Source: Sedimentisphaeraceae bacterium JB056 (GTDB lineage: Bacteria > Planctomycetota > Phycisphaerae > Sedimentisphaerales > Sedimentisphaeraceae). From it: 64,000 nt of DNA. The notes beneath the pieces are model-generated. The model ran no database searches. It worked only from the letters and a program-made list of their open reading frames with translations, and had not been told where the DNA came from. Positions 9,709-20,512 of this stretch are shown piece after piece. Every line of letters begins with the position of its first letter. The stretch's first letter is position 1. The stretch lies in contig JBITAJ010000018.1 in the NCBI GenBank assembly GCA_044440125.1, positions 1-64,000 of the forward strand, read 5' to 3'. Both the position numbers and the translations under genes were made by a program.

Positions 9709-11118
9709 TTAGTTATCCGAGTTATCATCTTTTTGAAAGAGGCGGGGAGGAACTACTCGTATATGTGATCCAATAGCCTGCCTAAGAGGCCTAAGTATTG
9801 AACTCATTACGTAATTTGTAGAATCTTCTTTGGTGATTCTGAGCTTTCTTCTTAGATTATAAGGTATTGTGAATAACAATGCAGACAAAAGGAATAATAT
9901 ATGATAATTGTTCAAGTTTATTGCACCTGATTTTATGCTTAGGCCTTTGGTTGCCGAGAGCAATATTCCTCCTATGAGAGGTGCTAAAGCTAATGAAATA
10001 CTCGATATAATTGTTATCAATACTATCGCTGCCTGATTGTTTCGAGGTGTGGAATGCAGCATATGTCGTGTTTGAGCAATTCCGTTGCCTGCGGTGAACA
10101 TACCCCACAAGAAGTAAAGCACAAATATGAAGATTTTGGAAAATGGGTTTATGTCTACCAAAATCCAAAGCGATATTGTTATCATATTGCCTATTACGCA
10201 TATACTGAATACTGCACGGTTGCCGTATCGGTCTGATATTTTACCCCAGAAACGTAAAGTAATTATTGATGCCAGTTGTATCATCGAAGTTGCAAGCATA
10301 ATGTAACCATCACTGTAATCAAAATTTTTCAACATTTTGATTTGAAAAGGCACAGGCATAAATAATCCTATATTAATTGCCACAAGATAGCATATATATG
10401 TTCTCAATTGCTTGTATTTCAGCAGATTTAGTATTCGTCTAAAAGTATTTTGCTGTTTTTGCGGCGGCTTGGGGGGAAGTTCAGACATTTTGTATGCGGT
10501 TATTGATCGACTGAACAGGCATAGCGTTCCTATCGCGAATATTACTGCGAATTTTTCATAAGTAGCATCATTTCCCAAATAGTATGACATACCCCATACA
10601 AGAACAAGCAGACAGCTTTGCCACACGAGTCTGAATCTGGCGAAGAACTTTCCGGTTATTCTGGCAGGCACGTTGTCCTGAAGTATAGGAAACCATGCAG
10701 TACTGCCGTATCCGTCAAAGATTCCTCGAAGAGCTACGAGTCCTATAACTATCCATAAAATGACTTTGCTGCTTTGAGGAAGAGACTTAGCTATGAATGG
10801 TAAGAATACCATCGGAAGCATTATGAACGCCGTAATCAGCCAACCCCTCAACATTACTACTCTTTTGCCTGAAGTTTCTATTGTTGTCAGAGAAAGAATT
10901 GAGAAAAAACCGGCGTATGCGGCAAAAAAAGACAGTAGACCCAGATAGAACTCAGAAGCGCCCATTTTAATCACAAATAGCTGCAAAGGGTTTGAAAGCA
11001 TGCACATTGCACTTATCGATGCGGCTATTGATGTCATGTAGGCATATTTAAATGATTTACGTCTATGCCCTGAAAGTTTTCTGTCTTCGAAATTTGATTG
11101 ACGAACTAATTCGCTCAT
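9709..11118 (-). CDS. MFS transporter
   Basis: About 12 hydrophobic segments; WGKISDRYGNR (MFS motif A). Confidence 0.8.
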   Translation of the reverse strand: MSELVRQSNFEDRKLSGHRRKSFKYAYMTSIAASISAMCMLSNPLQLFVIKMGASEFYLGLLSFFAAYAGFFSILSLTTIETSGKRVVMLRGWLITAFIMLPMVFLPFIAKSLPQSSKVILWIVIGLVALRGIFDGYGSTAWFPILQDNVPARITGKFFARFRLVWQSCLLVLVWGMSYYLGNDATYEKFAVIFAIGTLCLFSRSITAYKMSELPPKPPQKQQNTFRRILNLLKYKQLRTYICYLVAINIGLFMPVPFQIKMLKNFDYSDGYIMLATSMIQLASIITLRFWGKISDRYGNRAVFSICVIGNMITISLWILVDINPFSKIFIFVLYFLWGMFTAGNGIAQTRHMLHSTPRNNQAAIVLITIISSISLALAPLIGGILLSATKGLSIKSGAINLNNYHILFLLSALLFTIPYNLRRKLRITKEDSTNYVMSSILRPLRQAIGSHIRVVPPRLFQKDDNSDN

Positions 11119-11346
11119 TATCTTAAGTTATATAACATTAATTAATAGGTAATTGAATTAAGTATTCAGCAAAGATAGTGATAAGATGTTGGCTGCAGCA
11201 CTTCGTAATGTATCAAAATCAAAAGTTAGCAGTCAGATATACGCTTATTCCCTACCGAATATGATTAAATATAACTCTAAAATATCATATGGAACTTGTA
11301 TTTCAAGGATTATTGTCAATCTTTTAAGTTTTATTTTTGGGGAAAA

Positions 11347-12009
11347 TTAATGTCTTAAGATTTTAATAATGACTACAGCAGCTATAAGTAGTACCATTGC
11401 TATTACAGTTACTGTGTTGAAATGCTTCTCAATCATTGTTCTTGCTTTGGCACCAAAGATATAGAAGAGTACTCCTTCAGTTCCAAATCTCAATGTTCTG
11501 AAAACGATGCTTATACTAATGAATTTAACTACTGAAACCCCGGCCATACCTCCAAGCCAGCTGAATATCATATAAGGCACAGGTGTAAGCGCCGATACAG
11601 CTATTGCCCAGAAATCGTATTTATTATAGTATTGAAGGGCGGTGTCTGCCTTTTCACCAAGATTAAGAGGCCCGGAACTTATACGTTCGAAAAAAGCTAT
11701 CACGTTATCGCCGCCTATTGCCATCCCAAGAAGAAGTGCAATAGTGCCGCCCATCACTGAAAACAAAGAGCAGATCAGCCCGTAACGTATTGCTTTCTTA
11801 GGGTTTCCAAGGCTCATTCCCATAACCATTACATCCGCAGGTACTGGAACGCATATTGGTTCTAATATCGCAAGCAGAATTAAAGCCAATATACCATATT
11901 TTGTTTGAGCCCAACTTAAGACCCAATTATAGAGGCGTTTATGCAATTCCCATTTTTTGACATTTTCTTTGGCCAATACGTTAAACTGTTGCTCTGTTAG
12001 AGTTTCCAT
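11347..12009 (-). CDS. YqaA/DedA (VTT) family membrane protein
   Basis: LY.WVL.WA, E...PVP.D, S..GG, LTPVPY, R.LRF. Confidence 0.85.
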   Translation of the reverse strand: METLTEQQFNVLAKENVKKWELHKRLYNWVLSWAQTKYGILALILLAILEPICVPVPADVMVMGMSLGNPKKAIRYGLICSLFSVMGGTIALLLGMAIGGDNVIAFFERISSGPLNLGEKADTALQYYNKYDFWAIAVSALTPVPYMIFSWLGGMAGVSVVKFISISIVFRTLRFGTEGVLFYIFGAKARTMIEKHFNTVTVIAMVLLIAAVVIIKILRH

Positions 12010-12044
12010 ATTATTGTGTACTTTGTTTTAAGAATGAGAATTGC

Positions 12045-13364
12045 TTATATTTCGTACTTATTGTCATCGACTGCTTCAGCTACGCTGCTGCTTATGATAA
12101 ATTCTTTTTTTGGTAAGTCTTTAGGATTTTTGTCGTCATTATATTTAGATAATTTTGAACAAATCAGAGCTATTACCTGCATCATATAAATCAGCTTTCC
12201 AATATTGTAAGCATTGATCTTGTCAATGACAATTGTTATATTAGGTCTTTGCTCTTTTGCTAATTCATTTTGAGCTGAATGCATAGTTCGTTTTAGAAGG
12301 CTGCATACGGGAGCTGTTTTGCTGTTGTTCTCTGTTGATTCGGATGGGCTTTTATAGTTGTCAATCTCTATAAAGGTAAAAATCTTATCATTTTTTCTAT
12401 CAAGATAGAGCTGCATTTGGCTTGCTGTTGCTGTGCTTCCCATTCCTTTAACCGGCATCGCGGAGTCTGTGGTGTTAGGTGTTTCGGCCCATAGATGCGA
12501 ATACCAGTCACATAAATTTGTCAGAGAAGATATTGCGGGTAAAATAACGTTTTCTCGTTTATCTCTTTGGAAAAAGAAATGGCTTACCGCAGCAGTAAAA
12601 GCTGCCGGATTTCGCAGGAACTCTTCATTGCTGCATTCGATGTCCATAGCTCTTGCACCTGCAAGTATTTGTTCGATGTCAATGCCGCATACAGCAGCGC
12701 TTAGTAAACCGGCATCACTCAAGATGCTGAGTTGTCTCGGTATATCATCTGGTATTATGAGTTTTTTTAACTCAAAATCATCCGCAATTTTGCTAAGACG
12801 GCTTTTACCGGTTCCGGTAGTAATTATAGCATGCTCTTTGAGGCGATCTTTACCGAATTTGCCTATAAGGAGTTCTTTGATTATCTCAAATAGCTCTAAT
12901 GTTTCAGGGGTTTCACCGGACTGGCTTATTACATTAAAAACTGTTTTTTCAAGTTTAGGCTCAATCCAGGCGAGAAAACTTTCAAGTTTTGCAGGGGCTA
13001 TAGAATCAAGAACGAAGAGTTTTGGTTTTTTACATTTAGCTTCATTCATGTTATACATATAAGGCGTAAGTGCCGAATGTATAGCTTTGTTTCCGAGTGC
13101 AGGACTGCCGACACCTATAATAACGAAATTTTCATATTTCTCAGTAATTTGAGTAGAGAGATCAGTTATGCGTTCAAGATTGTCCTGAATATATGGGAGG
13201 TCTCTGAATGGTGTTAAACCATTGTTTCTATCCTTATTTAAATCGGATATGACTTTTTCTGTTTTTTTAGCAAGCATCTCAAGATCTTGGGGAGTAATAC
13301 CGTGTTTACTGCCTATGCCATCGCTTATTATATTTTTGTAGTAAACCTTGAATTTTGCGGGCAT
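12045..13364 (-). CDS. Glucose-6-phosphate isomerase-like protein with degenerate active site
   Basis: Colinear with Bacillus-type Pgi (ISQSGET.ET, GLL..A..GID...L.GA, NPA, LWAE), but GIGGS, GGRFS, DQHS and DQPGVE are altered or absent. Confidence 0.8.
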   Translation of the reverse strand: MPAKFKVYYKNIISDGIGSKHGITPQDLEMLAKKTEKVISDLNKDRNNGLTPFRDLPYIQDNLERITDLSTQITEKYENFVIIGVGSPALGNKAIHSALTPYMYNMNEAKCKKPKLFVLDSIAPAKLESFLAWIEPKLEKTVFNVISQSGETPETLELFEIIKELLIGKFGKDRLKEHAIITTGTGKSRLSKIADDFELKKLIIPDDIPRQLSILSDAGLLSAAVCGIDIEQILAGARAMDIECSNEEFLRNPAAFTAAVSHFFFQRDKRENVILPAISSLTNLCDWYSHLWAETPNTTDSAMPVKGMGSTATASQMQLYLDRKNDKIFTFIEIDNYKSPSESTENNSKTAPVCSLLKRTMHSAQNELAKEQRPNITIVIDKINAYNIGKLIYMMQVIALICSKLSKYNDDKNPKDLPKKEFIISSSVAEAVDDNKYEI

Positions 13365-13530
13365 AATGCACTCCTGCTTGCTCTAACCAAATCTATAATG
13401 TCCTTCTATGTTTTCAACTCAATGACAAAACTGCCAGAGTCCTTGATATAGGGGCCATTTTGCCGTTCGCATCGTAAATAGACCTTCACCACAATCGAAA
13501 AAACTGAGAACTGTTTAGAAGGTATTAAAG

Positions 13531-13613
13531 TACCGGAGGTGGGACTTGAACCCACACCCTGTTGCCAGGAAGGGATTTTGAATCCCTCGCGTCTGCCATT
13601 CCGCCACTCCGGC
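13531..13613 (-). tRNA. tRNA-Leu(CAA), CCA not encoded
   Basis: Minus strand GCCGGAGTGGCGGAATGGCAGACGCGAGGGATT-CAA-AATCCCT TCCTGGCAACAGGG TGTGGGTTCAAGTCCCACCTCCGGTA forms a cloverleaf with a long variable arm. Confidence 0.97.
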
Positions 13614-13894
13614 TTAAGAAGCAGGTAAGATACAAAAATATAGGTATTTAGTCAAGAATTAAATTTGTTTTAAGTGATTAAATTTGGAGTAAATATTGAG
13701 TTTGTTTAAAATAGGAGTCTGAATGTCTGATTATTATTATTGCAGTCAGGAGATGTTTTATTAAAATAGAATCAGGTTGTTTTCTATTGCAATAATGACT
13801 ATGGAGGTATGTATATTTTTGAATGTTTCTATTTACAGAAACATTCAAACTGTTATAATGCTTCCTTAAATGAATATAGGATATTGTAGTTAAT

Positions 13895-15172
13895 ATGGAA
13901 TTAAAAGTTCGAAAATCAACGCTTAATGGGCGTGTACGGATACCGGCATCAAAGTCGCATACTATAAGGGCGGTTGCTATTGCTTCTCTTGCAGAAGGAA
14001 AAAGCTTTATAAGAAATCCGCTTAAAAGTGCTGATGCATTGAGTTCGGCGGCGGCTTATTCTGCGTTTGGAGCTAAGCTTAATCTTGATGATGATAAATG
14101 CTGGATAATTGAAGGTTGCGGCGGTCGTATCGGATGCAGTTGTGATATGATTGATATTGGCAATTCTGGAACGACACTGCGTCTTGCGGCAGGTTCTGCG
14201 GCGTTAGCATCTCAAGATGTAAAGGTATTGCTTACCGGTGATAAGCAGATACAAAGACGTCCTATCGAGCCGCTCCTGAAATCTCTTAACGACCTTGGTG
14301 CTAAATGTCGTTCTCTTTATGATAATGGATGTGCTCCAATAGAGATAACAGGAACCTTGAAGGGCGGCAGGACAGAGATTGAATGCGTGACAAGTCAGTA
14401 TCTTTCAAGTCTTCTGATGTGCTGTCCGTTGGCTGAGGGCGACACAGAGATAGTTGTTACGTTGCTCAATGAGCCTGATTATGTGAAGATAACTACCGAT
14501 TGGCTTGATTGGCAATCTATTGAATATGAAAGTAATGGGCCGCTTAATTATAAGATAAGGGGTGCTCAGAGCTATAAGTCTTTTGACAGAGAAATACCTG
14601 CTGACTTTTCAAGTGCAACTTTCTTTCTTTGTGCGGCGGCAATGCTTGGTGGCAAGGTAGTAATTGAAGGGCTCGATTATTCCGATAGTCAGCCGGATAA
14701 GGCGGTTGCTGATTATCTTAAGGAAATGGGTGCTGATATAGAGTTTGATGGAAGTGATACAATCGTTAAAACATCTTCACTTCATGGCATTGATATTGAC
14801 ATGAACAGAACGCCAGATGCATTGCCTATGATGGCAGTTGTCGGGGCTTTCGCAGAAGGAACGACCAGGCTTTTGAATGTTCCTCAGGCAAGAAAGAAAG
14901 AGACAGATCGAATTGCCTGTATGGCGGCAGAGCTCAAGAAAATGGGTGCTGATATACATGAACTCCCTGACGGGTTGGTTATCAACAAAAGCAAGCTCAA
15001 GGCAGCAGTTGTAGATGGTAATGATGATCATAGAATAGTCATGTCGATGGCGGTTGCAGGAATGCTTACAGAGGGCGTTACAACAGTGACTACTGCTGAG
15101 GCTATGAATATAACATTTCCTGATTTCACATCGCTTATGATGCAGATTGGCGGCAATATCGAAATGTGCTGA
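13895..15172 (+). CDS. aroA: 3-phosphoshikimate 1-carboxyvinyltransferase (EPSP synthase)
   Basis: SKSH..R, GNSGTTLR, RPI..L, SQYLSSLL, D.SSA, R.KETDRI, DHR. Confidence 0.95.
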   Translation: MELKVRKSTLNGRVRIPASKSHTIRAVAIASLAEGKSFIRNPLKSADALSSAAAYSAFGAKLNLDDDKCWIIEGCGGRIGCSCDMIDIGNSGTTLRLAAGSAALASQDVKVLLTGDKQIQRRPIEPLLKSLNDLGAKCRSLYDNGCAPIEITGTLKGGRTEIECVTSQYLSSLLMCCPLAEGDTEIVVTLLNEPDYVKITTDWLDWQSIEYESNGPLNYKIRGAQSYKSFDREIPADFSSATFFLCAAAMLGGKVVIEGLDYSDSQPDKAVADYLKEMGADIEFDGSDTIVKTSSLHGIDIDMNRTPDALPMMAVVGAFAEGTTRLLNVPQARKKETDRIACMAAELKKMGADIHELPDGLVINKSKLKAAVVDGNDDHRIVMSMAVAGMLTEGVTTVTTAEAMNITFPDFTSLMMQIGGNIEMC

Positions 15173-15231
15173 ATGCACAAATATTGATTAGTTAGTAAAC
15201 GAGTTATTAGTTTTTATAGACGGAGATAAAT

Positions 15232-16563
15232 ATGCTTGGATGTAATATAGGACGCAATTTTCAGGTTTCTGTTTCTGGCGGCAGCTACCAGGACGGTCTT
15301 ACTGCTATCATACACGGAAATCCTCCGGGAATGCTTATTACAGAGCAGGAAATATATGGCGATCTGCTTTTGAGAAAGCCCGGTGCTGATGAACTTTCCA
15401 GCCCAAGAAAAGAGCCTGATTTGCCTATTATCTATACCGGTATCAATTCTGCCGATACTATTGAGGGTGCAGGTAACTGGAACCATACTAATGGTACTCC
15501 ACTTACTATTTTAATTCCAAATCTTGACAGACATTTTATTCACATCAAGCAGTATCAGGATACAAACAGAACACCACGTCCTGGTCATGCGTCATATGCC
15601 TCATTTATGAAATATGGTGCGGATGATGACGCTATTGGTGCAGGTATCTTCAGCGGTAGATACACATCAACAATTGTAGCGGCTGGTTATGTGGCAAAGA
15701 AGATTCTCGCTAAGATGGGAATCAAAGTGTTTTCATATGTGAAAGAAGCGGCTGGAGTAGCTTGTCCGGAAATGAGCTCTTCTGAGATATTTGATTTCAC
15801 TGAAAAATACAAAAAGATGCGTCATGATCTTGACCCTTTCTATCAGCAGGTTTATGTAAGCGGCAGGGTTAATCCTGAAATGCGTTTCCTTGATAAGACG
15901 AGAGTCTTTGCTGAGATAGAGAAAGAAATCGATGATATCAGGGATAAGGCTGTTTTGCTTAAGCCAGAAGAGATTGCGGATAAGTATGGCGTACACCATG
16001 TCTTGTGTTGTCCTGACCTTGGTGCCGCAAATGCTATGGTTGATGCGTGCAATGAAATAACACGTACAGGTGACTCTTCAGGTGGTATTGTTGAAGTGGT
16101 TGTAACTGGTGCACCGGTAGGTCTTGGTGAGCCGGTATTCTATAAATTAGATGCAGAGCTTGGCCGTATGCTTGGAATTGGCGCTGTTAAAGGCGTTGAA
16201 GTAGGTGCTGGTTTTGCGGTTAAAGATATGACCGGTTATGAATGTAACGACCAGATGCATACAGAAAACGGCAAGGTTGTATTTGATTCTAACAATGCAG
16301 GTGGTATCACCGGCGGATTGACCACAGGTCAGGATATCAAGGTTAAACTTGCTGTTAAGCCTACTCCTACAATTGACAAGCCTCAGCATACTGTAGACAA
16401 ATACACTAATGAGACTACTGATTTGGCTGCTATAACCAGACGTGATCCTACTATCGTAGGCCGCATTTGGCCGGTTGCCGAGAACTATACTGCAATGGTT
16501 ATTCTTGATCACATGATTGGACACCTGGGTTATCAGGCGGTCAAGGATGCTATGAGTAACTGA
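15232..16563 (+). CDS. aroC: Chorismate synthase, divergent, with an internal insertion
   Basis: RKEPD, PRPGHA, GDS.GG, GLGEPVF.KLDA, VKGVEVG.GF, NNAGGI.GG, KPTPT; directly follows aroA. Confidence 0.85.
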   Translation: MLGCNIGRNFQVSVSGGSYQDGLTAIIHGNPPGMLITEQEIYGDLLLRKPGADELSSPRKEPDLPIIYTGINSADTIEGAGNWNHTNGTPLTILIPNLDRHFIHIKQYQDTNRTPRPGHASYASFMKYGADDDAIGAGIFSGRYTSTIVAAGYVAKKILAKMGIKVFSYVKEAAGVACPEMSSSEIFDFTEKYKKMRHDLDPFYQQVYVSGRVNPEMRFLDKTRVFAEIEKEIDDIRDKAVLLKPEEIADKYGVHHVLCCPDLGAANAMVDACNEITRTGDSSGGIVEVVVTGAPVGLGEPVFYKLDAELGRMLGIGAVKGVEVGAGFAVKDMTGYECNDQMHTENGKVVFDSNNAGGITGGLTTGQDIKVKLAVKPTPTIDKPQHTVDKYTNETTDLAAITRRDPTIVGRIWPVAENYTAMVILDHMIGHLGYQAVKDAMSN

Positions 16564-16584
16564 TTTAAAATTGGTTAAAAAATT

Positions 16585-16628
16585 AAAAGGCCGCCCAAGC
16601 ATTAAACAGCTTCTGGCGGCCTTTTTTT
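16585..16628. terminator. Bidirectional terminator
   Basis: AAAAGGCCGCC...GGCGGCCTTTTTTT between convergent aroC and the malic enzyme gene. Confidence 0.85.
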
Positions 16629-16644
16629 CTTGAGTGCTTGTCTA

Positions 16645-18024
16645 TTATTTTGCAGCTAATGCAACTGCTTTAGATACTGCTTTGTGAACCTCTTTATCCA
16701 TCATATCAGGAAGCAGCATGCCTTCATTAGCCATTTTGGCAAGAGTGTCTGCGGCAGCCATCTGCATTTCAGGCGTGATGTCGCCGGCTTTAACATCCAA
16801 TGCACCGCGGAAGAGGCCTGGGAAAGCAAGCGCATTGTTGATTGTGCGTCCGTCAGCCGTCACTGCGGCTCCGGCTTCCTGAGCTTCTTCGACAGTGATT
16901 TCACCAACAGGGTTGCTTAGCGGGAAGACAATCGCTTTGTCAGCCATGCTTGAAATCATTTCCTTTGAAACAAGATTTGGGCGGGCAACGCCGACAAATA
17001 TATCACGGTCTTTGAAGCCTTCTTCGAGTGAGCCGCTGATGTTGTCTTTGTTTGTAATCTCAGCGAGTTTTTCAATGTAAGGATTCATCATTTCTTTGCG
17101 TCCGCGGTAGATTGCTCCGCCTGCATCATAAACGACGATATCTTCAATGCCGAATTTCAGCAGTATTTTTGTTATTGCATAGCCTGCTGCTCCGGCTCCG
17201 ATTACTATTGCTTTGCAGTTTTCTTCTTTTTTACCCACTATCTTAAGTGCGTTTATAAGTGCTGCTAATACTACTGTTGCAGTAGCGTGCTGGTCGTCAT
17301 GGAACACAGGGATATCAAGCATCTTACGCAGCCTGTCTTCTATTTCAAAACATGCCGGGGCAGCGATATCTTCAAGCTGAATAGCTCCGAATGTGTTGCT
17401 GATAAGTCTGATATTCTCTATGATGGTATCAGGATCTTTTGAATCTATTACAATAGGTACGCCGCTGATTCCTACAAATTCGGCAAATATCGCGGCTTTC
17501 CCTTCCATTACCGGCAGAGAAGCGGAAGGGCCTATATCGCCAAGACCGAGAACGGCAGTGCCGTCGCTTACAATTGCAACGCGATCGCATATGCCGGTCA
17601 TTTCCCATGCTGCCTCAGGATTGTCTACAATTTTTTTGCAAGCAGCCGCTACGCCGGGAGTATATACCATACGCAGGTCGGTGAGGTCTTTGATCTCTAC
17701 TCTGCTCTTTGTCTCTATGGTGCCTCTGCGATGTATTTCGAGAACTTCGTCAATAACGTTTACGAGCTCTAAACCATCAATTGCTTCAATTTCTTTCTTC
17801 GCAACATTGACATCATCCATGTTACGGCAGAAGACGGTAATGGCACAAATGCGGTATTCACCGTCAATCCTAAGTGTCTTTATCTGATCAATATTGATAT
17901 CTGCTGAGCTGATTGCGCCAGTGGCTTGCGAAAGCATACCCGGTTTGTCGAGTATTTTGCATTCTAAAGTAAAGACGTTGGTTGCTTTATATCGTTCCTG
18001 AAGACTTTTGTATAATTTTGCCAT
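16645..18024 (-). CDS. NAD(P)-dependent malic enzyme with N-terminal ACT domain
   Basis: DKPGML (ACT), YTPGVA, DGTAVLGLGDIG, PVMEGKA, LEDIAAP, FHDDQH, GAGAAG, NNALAFPG.FRGAL. Confidence 0.93.
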   Translation of the reverse strand: MAKLYKSLQERYKATNVFTLECKILDKPGMLSQATGAISSADINIDQIKTLRIDGEYRICAITVFCRNMDDVNVAKKEIEAIDGLELVNVIDEVLEIHRRGTIETKSRVEIKDLTDLRMVYTPGVAAACKKIVDNPEAAWEMTGICDRVAIVSDGTAVLGLGDIGPSASLPVMEGKAAIFAEFVGISGVPIVIDSKDPDTIIENIRLISNTFGAIQLEDIAAPACFEIEDRLRKMLDIPVFHDDQHATATVVLAALINALKIVGKKEENCKAIVIGAGAAGYAITKILLKFGIEDIVVYDAGGAIYRGRKEMMNPYIEKLAEITNKDNISGSLEEGFKDRDIFVGVARPNLVSKEMISSMADKAIVFPLSNPVGEITVEEAQEAGAAVTADGRTINNALAFPGLFRGALDVKAGDITPEMQMAAADTLAKMANEGMLLPDMMDKEVHKAVSKAVALAAK

Positions 18025-18689
18025 TATTTTGCCTGTTTATTTTTATTGAATACTTTATTTTCTGTACCGTTCTTAAGCCTTGTTATATTTTCTCGGTGTT
18101 TTATCACAACAAGTAAGCCCATTATAATCGCCACTATTAAAAGCGGCCAGAGTGTTGCCATTTCCCATGTGGAATTGAAACACACGATCAGACTGAATAC
18201 TATTGGAAACAGTAACGCTGCGATTATGGATGAAAGTGATACGTATTTCCATATAAACAGAGTTACAGCCCAGATAGAGAAACATATGATGCCCGATGTT
18301 GTATAGTAAGGCCATAGCCCAAGCACCATTCCAAGGCTTGTCGCAACACCTTTGCCGCCTTTGAAGTTGATGTACACTGGATACATATGCCCGGCAACTG
18401 CCGCGCACCCTACGAGTACCCACAACCAAAGGTCGGATATGCTTACCGGTTTGTCTATCAGATTCGCGGCAATTATCATAGGCAGGGCACCCTTGAATGC
18501 GTCAAGCAGAAAACATACGTATGCCCATTTTCTGCCAAGTGCTCTTCCTACATTGGTTGCACCTATATTGCCCGAGCCTATGCTTCTGAGGTCTATGCTT
18601 TTGGTTCTGGCAATGAGTAGACCAAAAGGTACAGATCCTAAAAGATAAGCTGCGATTACGAGAATACCTAAATTGTAATTGATTTCCAT
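18024..18689 (-). CDS. plsY: Glycerol-3-phosphate acyltransferase
   Basis: YLLGSVP, GSGNIGATN..R, D..KG, GH.YP, FKGGKGVAT, H..NI.RL..G.E. The stop overlaps the next start codon. Confidence 0.95.
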   Translation of the reverse strand: MEINYNLGILVIAAYLLGSVPFGLLIARTKSIDLRSIGSGNIGATNVGRALGRKWAYVCFLLDAFKGALPMIIAANLIDKPVSISDLWLWVLVGCAAVAGHMYPVYINFKGGKGVATSLGMVLGLWPYYTTSGIICFSIWAVTLFIWKYVSLSSIIAALLFPIVFSLIVCFNSTWEMATLWPLLIVAIIMGLLVVIKHRENITRLKNGTENKVFNKNKQAK

Positions 18690-18709
18690 ACTAATGTCTT
18701 ATGTCTATA

Positions 18710-20473
18710 TTAAAACAGCCCTTTGACTTTTCCTGTTTCTGTGTCCACATCAATGTTTCTGAATGCGGCATTCGAAGCGGTGCCGGGCATCAGTTTTATG
18801 CCGCCGGCAAGAGGTACTATGAATCCTGCCCCCTTGTAGACGAGAATATCGCTTACCGGCAGATTAAAATCTTTAGGTCTGCCTTTGAAATCAGGATCAT
18901 GGCTGAGGCTCAAGTGAGTCTTGACCATGCAGGTACCCATTTTTGAAACATCAGGGTCTTTTTGCAGCTCTTCTATTTTCTTGTCTGCTGTTTCTGTGTA
19001 GCTTACTCCGCTTGCGCCGTAAACTTCTTTTGCTATAAGTTCGATTCTCTCTTTTATCGGCATATCAAGCTCATAGAGATGTTTGAAGTTGTTAGGCTCA
19101 TCACATGCCTTGATTACTTCTTCTGCCAGCTCTATTGCTCCGGCTCCACCATCAAGCCAGTGCGTTGATGTTGCAACATAAGCTCCTGCCTTTGCCGCGG
19201 CATCTCTTACAACTTGTATTTCAGCGTCAGTATCGGTGTGGAAGCTGTTGATGCATACCACAGGCTTAACACCGCTTTTAAGCACTGTTTCGACATGAGC
19301 GATGAGATTTTCGCAGCCGTCTTCAACAAGCTTTGTGTTTTCTGTTATATACTCTTGAGGCAACGGCTTTCCGGGCTTAACTTCAGGTCCGCCGCCGTGC
19401 ATCTTAAGTGCTCTTATTGTTGCAACAAGAACTACAGCATCAGGTTTAAGTCCTGAATAGCGGCATTTGAGGTTCCAGAATTTTTCAAATCCGATATCTG
19501 CACCGAATCCGCTTTCAGTTACGTGATAGTCGCTCAGTTTGCACGCAAGCTTATCAGCAATTACCGAACTTTGGCCGATTGCTATGTTTGCAAATGGACC
19601 AGCATGTACGAATACAGGGTTGCCTTCGATAGTCTGCATCAGCGTTGGATTGATTGCTTCCACAAGCCACGCAGTCATTGCTCCGGCTACCTCAAGCCTT
19701 TCGGTTGTAACTTCCTTGCCTTCTTTATCGTAAGCTACGACTATCTTTCCTATTCTTTCTCTAAGATCTTTAAGGTCTTCGGCTATTGCAAGGATAGCCA
19801 TTATCTCGCTCGAAACGGTTATCGCAAAGCCGGACTGCATTTCGTAGCCGTCCATTTTGCCGCCTTGCCCGATAACGATATTGCGAAGCGATTGAGCGCA
19901 GAAATCGATTACCCATTTAAGTTGAACTTTTTCAGGGTCAATATCGATTCTTGTAAGCTTGCTTTTCGCCAGACGCTCATCGTCATAATTGTTCTCATGC
20001 TGCATACGTGCAGTAAGGGCTACCATTGCGAGATTGTGCGCGTTCGTAATCTTATCGATATCGCCTGTTAACCCCAATGAAAAAGGAGCCAACGGTATGC
20101 ACTGTGCTAATCCGCCGCCAGCAGCTGAACCTTTGATATTGAAAGTTGGGCCGCCTGATGGCTGCCTGATTGCGCCTGTAACATTCTTGCCTAATCTGCC
20201 AAGACCATCAATCAGTCCGATGGTAGTGGTCGTCTTGCCTTCACCAAGCGGAGTAGGGGTGATTGCTGTTACATCAATATACTTGGCGTTTGCCTTCCCC
20301 GTGCATCTTGCTAAGACTTTCTGATAGTCAACTTTTGCAAGGTTCTTGCCGTAAGGGATAAGTTCTTCGGTTTCAAGGCCGAGTTTTTCTGCAAGCTCAT
20401 TGACCGAGCACATATTCTCTTCAGCAGCTTCAGCAATCTGCCAGTCTTTCATTTTGGTCGGATCCAATTTCAT
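18710..20473 (-). CDS. fhs: Formate--tetrahydrofolate ligase
   Basis: [62 protein letters not shown]. Confidence 0.96.
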   Translation of the reverse strand: MKLDPTKMKDWQIAEAAEENMCSVNELAEKLGLETEELIPYGKNLAKVDYQKVLARCTGKANAKYIDVTAITPTPLGEGKTTTTIGLIDGLGRLGKNVTGAIRQPSGGPTFNIKGSAAGGGLAQCIPLAPFSLGLTGDIDKITNAHNLAMVALTARMQHENNYDDERLAKSKLTRIDIDPEKVQLKWVIDFCAQSLRNIVIGQGGKMDGYEMQSGFAITVSSEIMAILAIAEDLKDLRERIGKIVVAYDKEGKEVTTERLEVAGAMTAWLVEAINPTLMQTIEGNPVFVHAGPFANIAIGQSSVIADKLACKLSDYHVTESGFGADIGFEKFWNLKCRYSGLKPDAVVLVATIRALKMHGGGPEVKPGKPLPQEYITENTKLVEDGCENLIAHVETVLKSGVKPVVCINSFHTDTDAEIQVVRDAAAKAGAYVATSTHWLDGGAGAIELAEEVIKACDEPNNFKHLYELDMPIKERIELIAKEVYGASGVSYTETADKKIEELQKDPDVSKMGTCMVKTHLSLSHDPDFKGRPKDFNLPVSDILVYKGAGFIVPLAGGIKLMPGTASNAAFRNIDVDTETGKVKGLF

Positions 20474-20512
20474 CCTGTCTCCTGTTCGTTTGCTTATATA
20501 TAGTTTCGTATA

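Noticed and set aside
13380..13890. tRNA-Leu as an integration site for an island or prophage
   Set aside because: No integrase, no duplicated tRNA 3' end noticed in the window, and flanking genes are housekeeping-type.
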